Source: Acidimicrobiaceae bacterium (GTDB taxonomy: Bacteria; Actinomycetota; Acidimicrobiia; Acidimicrobiales; RAAP-2). From it: a stretch of DNA of 64,000 nucleotides. Every line of letters begins with the position of its first letter. Within the stretch, counting starts at the first letter, position 1. Shown piece after piece: positions 48,146 through 55,298 of this stretch. The notes below the pieces were generated by a model. That model was not told the origin of the DNA, ran no database searches, and saw only the letters and a list, made by a program, of their open reading frames with translations. Made by a program: the position numbers and the translations under genes. The stretch lies in the NCBI GenBank assembly GCA_027306755.1, contig DAHUZE010000045.1, positions 317-64,316 of the forward strand. Direction: 5' to 3'.

Positions 48146-49099
48146 TCAACTTGCCGAGTACCTGATCCGAGGGTCCATCAGGGCATAGGCGATGTCGGCC
48201 AGGAGGTTGCCGACCACGGTGGCCACCGCCACCACGATGGTGAAGCCCATGAGGACCGGGAAGTCGTGGGCGCCGGCGGCCTGCCAGAAGAGCCACCCCA
48301 TACCCGGGTAGTTGAAGAGCGCTTCGACGACGATGGCCCCCGACAGAACGAACGGGAGGCTGAGTCCGACCAGGGTGACGATCGGCAGGAGGCTGTTTCG
48401 CAGCAGGTGCCGGAGGACCAGCTGGCGCTGGGAGACGCCCTTGGCCCTGGCCGTGCGGATGTAGTCCTGGAGGAGGTTGTCGATGGCGGACGTGCGCATG
48501 AACCGGCTGAACTGGGCGACGGTCACGATGGTGAGGGTGGCGACCGGGAGGACCATCGCCTGGGGGTCCGAGAAGGCGTTGCTGACGCTTGCCCCCTGGG
48601 GCGCCTCGGCCGGGAACAGGTGGAACTGCACCGAGAAGACCACGATCAGGAGCATCCCCAGCCAGAACATCGGCATGGAGTAGCCGACGAGGGAGAACAC
48701 GGTGAAGGCGTGGTCCAGCGGCTTGTTGCGCCGCAGCGCCTGGGCCAGGCCCACCGGGATGGCGATGATGAGGGCCAGGGCGTACGAGGTTCCCACCAGG
48801 AGAGCGGTCTTGGGGACGTCCAGCGCCAGCAGCGACCTGACGGACTGGTCGCGGATGTAGGAGAAGCCCAGGTTCCCGTGCACCAGGTGGTCCAGGTAGA
48901 GCAGGTACTGCATCGGCAGGGCCCGTGTGTAGCCGTTGGCCTTGTTGAAGGCCTTGATGGCGCCGGGGGTGGCCCGCACACCCAGCATGGCCCGGGCCGG
49001 GCTGCCGGGCAGGAAGTGCAGGATGCCGAAGACGATCATGGACACGAGGATGACGACCACGATCGCCTGGGCGATCCGGCGGGCGAGGTAGCGCGTCAC
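48146..49099 (-). CDS. peptide ABC transporter permease (DppB/OppB-like)
   Basis: MTRYLARRIAQAIVVVILVSMIVFGILH... and EAA loop DYIRTARAKGVSQRQLVLRHLLRN. Confidence 0.9.
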   Translation of the reverse strand: MTRYLARRIAQAIVVVILVSMIVFGILHFLPGSPARAMLGVRATPGAIKAFNKANGYTRALPMQYLLYLDHLVHGNLGFSYIRDQSVRSLLALDVPKTALLVGTSYALALIIAIPVGLAQALRRNKPLDHAFTVFSLVGYSMPMFWLGMLLIVVFSVQFHLFPAEAPQGASVSNAFSDPQAMVLPVATLTIVTVAQFSRFMRTSAIDNLLQDYIRTARAKGVSQRQLVLRHLLRNSLLPIVTLVGLSLPFVLSGAIVVEALFNYPGMGWLFWQAAGAHDFPVLMGFTIVVAVATVVGNLLADIAYALMDPRIRYSAS

Positions 49100-49199
49100 G
49101 GGGCCGACGGAATCCGCGTAACTCGTTCGCCGCTGCCGCGCCGGAGCGTCCGGGCGGCAGCGGCGACCGGGTCCCGCCCAGAAGGTGTGCTGCCCCGCC

Positions 49200-51056
49200 C
49201 TAGGGCTTGAGGGTCCATGTGGAGGGGTAGATGTGGCCGGTCGAGTCCTGCGCCGTGACGCCCTTCAGCTTGGTCGAGATGGCCGAGATCTGGTAGGCGG
49301 CGTTGGGGAACCACAGGTCCGGCAGCTGCTTGGCCAGGTACACCTGGTAGGTGTGCAGCGTGTTGGTGGAGGCGGCGTTGCCCTGGGACTCGATCTGTGT
49401 CAGGTACTTGTTGACCTGGTGGTTGCAGTAGTTCCCGCCGTTGGTGGCGCCGCCGCACCCGAAGAGGCTTGTGCCGTCCGGGTAGTAGATCGGCACGTAG
49501 GTGTACACCGGCGAGGAGATGATCGAGAGCACGGGCGTGCTGGTCGGGCATGTGGCAGCCGTCTTGCCGATGCAGGCGTAGCCGTCGGCCAGCACGGTGT
49601 TCTCGGGTGCCTCGGAGAGTGTCAGGTGGATGCCGACCTTGGCATATGTCGAGCGCATCACCTGGATCTCGTTGTCGATGTTGGGGAACCCGCTCGGGTA
49701 CATGAACGACAGCGCCAGCTTGGTCCCAGCCGCGATGCCCTTGCCGCATTTGCCCGCTCCTGTCCCCGGCTTGGAGCAGACGTCGGTGCCCCCGGAGTGG
49801 ATGGTCCAGCCGTGGGCGCTGAGCAGCTTCTTGGCCGAGGACACGCTGTAGGGGTAGGGGTTCTTCTTCGCCGCTGGGGCGAGGAAGCTCGTCTTGGGGA
49901 AGGTGGGCACGGGGCCGTAGGTGGGGGTGCCGTAGTTGTCCAGGATCGTCTTGATGTACTCGGGCTGGTTGATCAGGGACTGCATGGCCTGGCGGATGTA
50001 GAGCTGGCTGACCAGGGCTTGGTACTTCGGGTTGTTGAAGAGGATGCCGACGAAGGTCAGCCCCCACTCGTACCACGGGTTGACGTTGTAGCCCGACGCC
50101 TTCAGCGACCCCAGGGCGCCGATGTCTGTGGTGGGCACGTAGCCGTAGTCCACGGTGCCCGAGCGCAGGGCGTCGTACTCGGCCGAGGCGCTGGTGAAGG
50201 GCAGCTCCTGGAACTCGCTGATCTTGGGCTTGTTCGGGCCGGAGTATTTCTTGTTCGGGATCATCGTCACCTGGCCGGTCACCTGGAAGCCGGTTGTGGG
50301 CTTGAGGCGCCAGGGGCCGTCCACGACCTGCCACAGCGGGTTCGTGTCCCAGGTGGACAGGGACAGTGACGCCGAGTTCAGGTAGCTGTAGACGGCCTTG
50401 GCCCCGGCCGCCGTGGTGTCGTATGTGCCGTTGGCACTGGTGGACGAGGTCTTGTCCCACGTCTGCTGGGGCATCGGGGTCAGGGTCGCCAGGCCGTTGT
50501 AGAGCAGGTAGGTCTGGTTGTACGACTTGTTCATGTTCAGGACGAAGGTTGCTGTGCCTGTCGCCTTGTAGCTGGCCACGTGTGTCATCCAGCCGCCCGG
50601 CACGTAGCCGGCGTAGTTTGTCTTCTCGTTCATCACCAGGTTCATCCAGAAGACGACGTCCCGGGCCGTCACGGCCGCCCCTGTCGACCAGGCGAAGTGC
50701 TTGAGCTTCATGGTGATCGTCTCGCCGTTGTTGGTGAACACCGGCGGGTCCGCCATCGACAGCTTGTAGTTGATGGTTGCGGCGCTGCTTGTCGGGTGAC
50801 CGAACCAGTACAGCGGCAGCCACATGAGCGGCTGCAGGTAGGTGATGTCGGCGTTCTCGGAGTTGGCCCCGTTGTAGAGCGGGAAGATGTACGTCGGCGG
50901 CGCGCCGGGCTGCTCGGCGAAGGTCACCACCCCGCCGTTCCCGGCGGCGTGGCGGGCCGGTGCGGCCCCGGCGGCGCCCGCGCCCACGGCGGCCGTCATG
51001 GCGCCGACGGCTGAGACCGCAGCGATCGAAACGAGAACCCTCCGCAGAAGCCGCAT
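49200..51056 (-). CDS. family-5 (peptide/nickel) ABC transporter substrate-binding protein
   Basis: 618 aa with signal peptide MRLLRRVLVSIAAVSAVGAMTAAVGAGAAGA. Heads the permease genes. Confidence 0.9.
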   Translation of the reverse strand: MRLLRRVLVSIAAVSAVGAMTAAVGAGAAGAAPARHAAGNGGVVTFAEQPGAPPTYIFPLYNGANSENADITYLQPLMWLPLYWFGHPTSSAATINYKLSMADPPVFTNNGETITMKLKHFAWSTGAAVTARDVVFWMNLVMNEKTNYAGYVPGGWMTHVASYKATGTATFVLNMNKSYNQTYLLYNGLATLTPMPQQTWDKTSSTSANGTYDTTAAGAKAVYSYLNSASLSLSTWDTNPLWQVVDGPWRLKPTTGFQVTGQVTMIPNKKYSGPNKPKISEFQELPFTSASAEYDALRSGTVDYGYVPTTDIGALGSLKASGYNVNPWYEWGLTFVGILFNNPKYQALVSQLYIRQAMQSLINQPEYIKTILDNYGTPTYGPVPTFPKTSFLAPAAKKNPYPYSVSSAKKLLSAHGWTIHSGGTDVCSKPGTGAGKCGKGIAAGTKLALSFMYPSGFPNIDNEIQVMRSTYAKVGIHLTLSEAPENTVLADGYACIGKTAATCPTSTPVLSIISSPVYTYVPIYYPDGTSLFGCGGATNGGNYCNHQVNKYLTQIESQGNAASTNTLHTYQVYLAKQLPDLWFPNAAYQISAISTKLKGVTAQDSTGHIYPSTWTLKP

Positions 51057-51239
51057 GGCGGGACTACCCCCAAGTCTCCGGATCCCTCGTAGACCATGCC
51101 GAGCCGGACCTGCGCCTCGGCACGAGCCGGAGGGTCCGCTCCGGTGTGTTGGGAGGAAATTACTGTGCGTTAGGCCAAGGAGCGATGTTGCGGGCCACGA
51201 ACGCGCCGGCGGGGGCTTGGAAGATCCGACGAACTTCGG

Positions 51240-52136
51240 TTACGTGACCGTTTCGCCGGTCGCGAGCTCCTCCCACTGCTGCATCCGCTCGCGTGCGGGC
51301 GGCCCGATGGCCTGGAGCGTCGCCAGCACCAGCACCTCGAGGAGGGCCACGGCGGCAACCATCGTGTCCATGGGCGACGGGCTGTCCACCACCACCGGCA
51401 AGACGGCGGCCGCATCCCTGGACACCGGGGAGAGATTGGTGTCCGTCACCACCACCAGGCGGGCGCGGCGCTCCCGCGCCCGGGCCACCAGCTCCACCGT
51501 CGCCGCCTCGTAGCGGGGCAGGTCCACCACCACCGCCACGTCGCGCGGCCCGAGGTCCAGCACGGCACTGAGGCGCCGCAGCCGGTCCCGGGGAAGGACG
51601 GCGGTGCCCGCCCGCACGCGGTTCAGGTGCATGCCCAGCACCTCGGCCAGAGCGTGGCTTGCCCGTCCCCCGGCCAGGACCACTCGCCTGCTGGTGTCGG
51701 CCAGGAGCGCGACCGCGGCGTCGATCTCGGCCGGTGGCACGGTGGCGGCGATGCTGGAGGCCACCGCGCCCAACCGGGTCGCCATCGACCCCAGCGGGTC
51801 CGGACCGGCGGCCACCGCGGCGTCCAGGCGCTCGAGCGGCCCGGGCCTGCGATCCGCCAGCTCCCGGCGGAGCGACTCTTGGAACTCGGAAAAGCCGGCG
51901 TAGCCCAGCTTCTGCACCAGCCGCACGACCGTGGCGGTGCTGGTTGCCGAGTCCGAGGCCAGGCCGGCCACGGTCCCCAGTCCGGCGGCGGGGTAGACGG
52001 CGAGCACCGTCCGGGCTACCCGGCGCTCCGCCGGAGGCAGGGCTCCGAGGGCACTTCGCAGCAGTTCGGCGACCGTCTGGGGCCGCTCGGACGCAGGGGC
52101 CGCCGAGACGAGGCTCGGGAGGCTGGCAGCCCTCAT
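51240..52136 (-). CDS. MurR/RpiR-family transcriptional regulator (HTH + SIS domain)
   Basis: HTH VAGLASDSATSTATVVRLVQKLGYAGFSEF and SIS-like VVLAGGRASHALAE...VVVVTD. ATG 52136 overlaps the upstream stop (ATGA). Confidence 0.8.
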   Translation of the reverse strand: MRAASLPSLVSAAPASERPQTVAELLRSALGALPPAERRVARTVLAVYPAAGLGTVAGLASDSATSTATVVRLVQKLGYAGFSEFQESLRRELADRRPGPLERLDAAVAAGPDPLGSMATRLGAVASSIAATVPPAEIDAAVALLADTSRRVVLAGGRASHALAEVLGMHLNRVRAGTAVLPRDRLRRLSAVLDLGPRDVAVVVDLPRYEAATVELVARARERRARLVVVTDTNLSPVSRDAAAVLPVVVDSPSPMDTMVAAVALLEVLVLATLQAIGPPARERMQQWEELATGETVT

Positions 52137-52981
52137 GGTCCGGGCCAGGCGACGCGCTCGACGGTGGACAACGGGGGGCCGCCGGCCAGGGGCCAGACCG
52201 ACACGGCGCCGGTCGTCCGGTCCGCCACGAGCACCGACTCCTCGGCCAGAGGAGTCCACGAGGCGTCCGGCATGCCGGTGGACGAGACCACGATGCTGTC
52301 CGCGGCGGACCGGACGCGGAGGTCGTAGTACTGGTCCGTGTGCTCCGGGGGCAGCTGAGAGGGGTCCCCCCCCACTGTCTCGAGCAGGATGTCCACCGGC
52401 GGCACCGTTCCGGCGCGGGCGTGGACCACGACCAGAGCCTCCGGGCCGAGCATCATGGCGTTCATCGACCCGAGGCCGCACTCCTGGCGGATGGCGTCGA
52501 CGGCGGACCGGATGCCGTCTACGAGGTCGCCCTCCTTGCCGATGCGTTCGAGCACGCAGAGGAAGTAGCGCTCGCTGTCGGTCGTGCCTGCCCGCCGGGC
52601 CTGCCATTGGCCGCCCAGCAGGCCATCGATGCGCTCAGCCTCGGGGATGGTGCCGTTGTGGGCGAAGGCCCAGTCGCCCACGACGAACGGGTGGGTGTTG
52701 CGCGGGTCCACTGCGTACCCCGCCGTGGCCCGGCGGAGGTGGAGGAGGGCGCCCTGGGCCGGAGCTCGGCGCGCCGCGGCGAGGAGCTCGGGGTCCGCCA
52801 ACGCGCCCTTGGTCGAGCGCGCCACCTCGAACCCCGCCCCGGCCCGCGAGGAGCGTGCCGAGCCCCAGCCGTCCGGGTGGAGCCGCGACACGTCCTCGAC
52901 CAGCGCCTCGATGCGGTCGTCCCCTACCAGCTCGGCCAGGGTCTGGGGACGGGCGCTGACCCATCCGATCAGTCTGCACAT
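52133..52981 (-). CDS. class-II (Ntn) glutamine amidotransferase, YafJ-like
   Basis: Starts MCRLIGW, giving a Cys2 nucleophile. Also LHPDGWG, HLRRAT...NTHPF and FAHNG. Confidence 0.75.
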   Translation of the reverse strand: MCRLIGWVSARPQTLAELVGDDRIEALVEDVSRLHPDGWGSARSSRAGAGFEVARSTKGALADPELLAAARRAPAQGALLHLRRATAGYAVDPRNTHPFVVGDWAFAHNGTIPEAERIDGLLGGQWQARRAGTTDSERYFLCVLERIGKEGDLVDGIRSAVDAIRQECGLGSMNAMMLGPEALVVVHARAGTVPPVDILLETVGGDPSQLPPEHTDQYYDLRVRSAADSIVVSSTGMPDASWTPLAEESVLVADRTTGAVSVWPLAGGPPLSTVERVAWPGP

Positions 52982-53136
52982 GGCGGTCCCTCCGTGCGGC
53001 ATTGCAGTGGCTCCGGTGCCCGGCACGCCCGCCACCCGCGTACCAGGGCCCGGCGCCACGCATCCGGGTACCGTCTCCAACGAGCGTTGCCGACTGGCAC
53101 CCGTGAGAGTAACTTTACCATCTGCATGCACCGACG

Positions 53137-54372
53137 GTGTTCCGTACGATTCGTTACGTCCGCGGCCTGGGGGAGGCGCAGCCCGATCGCTCGCCGGGCC
53201 GGGGCCTGAGCACCGCCGTGGGGGCCACCGCCGCCGGCGAGCTGGCACACCACCTGGCCGATCTGCGCCTGGTCGACCACCATGTGCACGGCGCCACCCG
53301 TGGCGAGCTGTCCGCTGACGCGTTCGAGGACGCCATCACCGAGTCCGACCGCCGGCGCCGGCCTGGCCAATCGTCGTTCGACAGCCAGGTCGGATTCTCC
53401 ATCCTGCGCTGGTGCGCGCCGGTCCTGGACCTCGAGCCGCACTCGCGCGCCTCGAGCTACCTGTCCCGCCGGCGGGACCTCGGGCCCGAAGAGGTGAACC
53501 GCCGCCTTCTGCGGGCGTCGGGCGTGGCGGAACACCTGGTCGATACGGGATTCGCAGCGGCAGACCTCCTGGATGTGGAGGAGATGGGGGCAGCCGCCGG
53601 ATCGCGGACCCGGGAGGTGGTGCGCCTGGAGTCGGTCGCCGAGGAGGTGGCCGCCGGGGCGCCCACCGCCAGCGGGTACGCCGCGGCGTTCGACGATCGC
53701 CTGGCGGCCCGGCTGGCATCCGGAGCGGTAGGCACCAAGAGCATCCTGGCCTACCGCCATGGCCTGGACGTGGACCCGACCCGGCCGGTCCCCTCGGACG
53801 TGACGGCCGCTGCCTCCCGGTGGCTCCGGGCCGTAGAGGCGGCGGGGACGGCCCGGGTCAGCGACCCGGTCTTGCTGCGCCACTGCCTGTGGGCCGGTGT
53901 CGACGCCGGGCTCCCGCTCCAGATCCACACCGGGTTCGGCGACACCGACCTGGACCTGCACCGGAGCAATCCGGTCCTCCTGACGGACTTCCTGCGCCTG
54001 GCCGAGCCGTGGGGGACCCCGGTGGTCCTGCTCCACTGCTATCCCTTCCACCGGGAGGCCGGCTACCTGGCGCAGATGTTCCCCAACGTGTTCTTCGACG
54101 TGGGCGAGGCGGTCAACTACCTCGGGGTGCAGTCCGTCCAACTGGTGGCCGAGTCGCTCGAGCTCGGACCGTTCACGAAACAGCTCTTCTCCTCGGACGC
54201 CTGGGGCCCGGCGGAGCTGCACTACCTGGGCGCCCACCTGTGGCGCCGGGCCATGGCGGCGGTGCTCGGACGCGTGGTGGCCGACGGGGACTGGAGCCTG
54301 GCCGAGGCGATGCGGGTGGCCTCGATGGTGGGCGCCGGCAACGCCACCGCCCTCTATGGCCTCGGGCAGTGA
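53137..54372 (+). CDS. amidohydrolase-family (TIM-barrel metal hydrolase) protein
   Basis: HxH motif LVDHHVHG, LQIHTGFGD, and VVLLHCYPF. Start uncertain (ATG 53137 or a downstream GTG). Confidence 0.65.
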   Translation: MFRTIRYVRGLGEAQPDRSPGRGLSTAVGATAAGELAHHLADLRLVDHHVHGATRGELSADAFEDAITESDRRRRPGQSSFDSQVGFSILRWCAPVLDLEPHSRASSYLSRRRDLGPEEVNRRLLRASGVAEHLVDTGFAAADLLDVEEMGAAAGSRTREVVRLESVAEEVAAGAPTASGYAAAFDDRLAARLASGAVGTKSILAYRHGLDVDPTRPVPSDVTAAASRWLRAVEAAGTARVSDPVLLRHCLWAGVDAGLPLQIHTGFGDTDLDLHRSNPVLLTDFLRLAEPWGTPVVLLHCYPFHREAGYLAQMFPNVFFDVGEAVNYLGVQSVQLVAESLELGPFTKQLFSSDAWGPAELHYLGAHLWRRAMAAVLGRVVADGDWSLAEAMRVASMVGAGNATALYGLGQ

Positions 54373-54774
54373 CAGCCGGCGCGCGACGGCATCCATCCGT
54401 CGATGCTCGGCTGCCGGGTGAAGATGCAGATCTGCACCGCCTGATGCGGGCTTGCACCAGCCCGCCCACGCCGACGCTATCGCTGGGGCCGTGCCGAGAA
54501 CCGTCCAGATCAGAGACGTCGACGACGCCGTCTGCACCGCCCTCGGCCTGGGCGAAGGTGAACCCGAAGGTCATCAGGATGGCGCCGTAGATGGAGTACT
54601 CGATCTGGACGCTGGCGCCGGCCCACATGCCGCCGACGTCCCTGGGGAGGCCCGCGTCCGTGTGAAGCCGTGCTTCCGGCTGCAGCCCGAGGGAATCCCG
54701 GCGACGGTCCACCACTTGGCCGTTGGGCATCGCTACGTTTTGCGAGGAACCCCTTCCCCTGGAGGTGACGCAGC

Positions 54775-54806
54775 GGCCCGCTCCGGATCTCGATTCGGAG
54801 CGGGCC
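54775..54806. other. perfect 11-bp inverted repeat with 10-nt loop
   Basis: GGCCCGCTCCG-gatctcgatt-CGGAGCGGGCC, read directly. No T-tract on either side. Confidence 0.9.
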
Positions 54807-54817
54807 GTGTCGCGTCC

Positions 54818-54863
54818 ACGGGCAGCGGGGACGGGCAGCGGGGACGGGCAGCGGGGTCTGGGG
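54818..54863 (+). repeat. 13-bp tandem repeat x3 (acgggcagcgggg) plus tctgggg, giving seven G3-4 runs (G-quadruplex-capable)
   Basis: Units at 54818..54830, 54831..54843 and 54844..54856, read directly. Confidence 0.9.
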
Positions 54864-55200
54864 CACCTGATCGGGGGCGCCGTCCTCGGACGTCCTCGTT
54901 TTCCACAGTGACGAGACGGATTGCGCGAATCGTCCCGTCGCCACCGGGACCGGGCCCTGGGTAGTCGCTGACCTCGGACAGGGCGGCCACGGACGCGCCC
55001 GATTCCAGCGCCGGTCGCCGTTCCGATGGGCTGCGAGAAAAAAATGTGCGCATCGGCGGCAGATTGCCTCAGGGTTGTGAAAGGCTGGCATTCGGCGACC
55101 AAGTCGTCGTCGGTCCGAGACATGTGGGCCGTCGCGGTGACGGTCGCCGGCGCCGCGGCCCTGCCGTGGCCAGCACCGGGAGACGCCAACACCACCGGCC

Positions 55201-55251
55201 CACAACCCGATCGGCAGCACAACCCGATCGCAGCCATACCCGGATCACCAA
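55201..55251 (+). repeat. three direct repeats phased at exactly 17 bp, 50-100 nt upstream of the S-layer-like gene
   Basis: cacaacccgatcg at 55201, cacaacccgatcg at 55218, and catacccggatca at 55235 (9 of 13 identical). Confidence 0.85.
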
Positions 55252-55298
55252 CTGCACCAAGCAACCCATCAACAGGCCAATGCCAGGAGGAATGTGAC

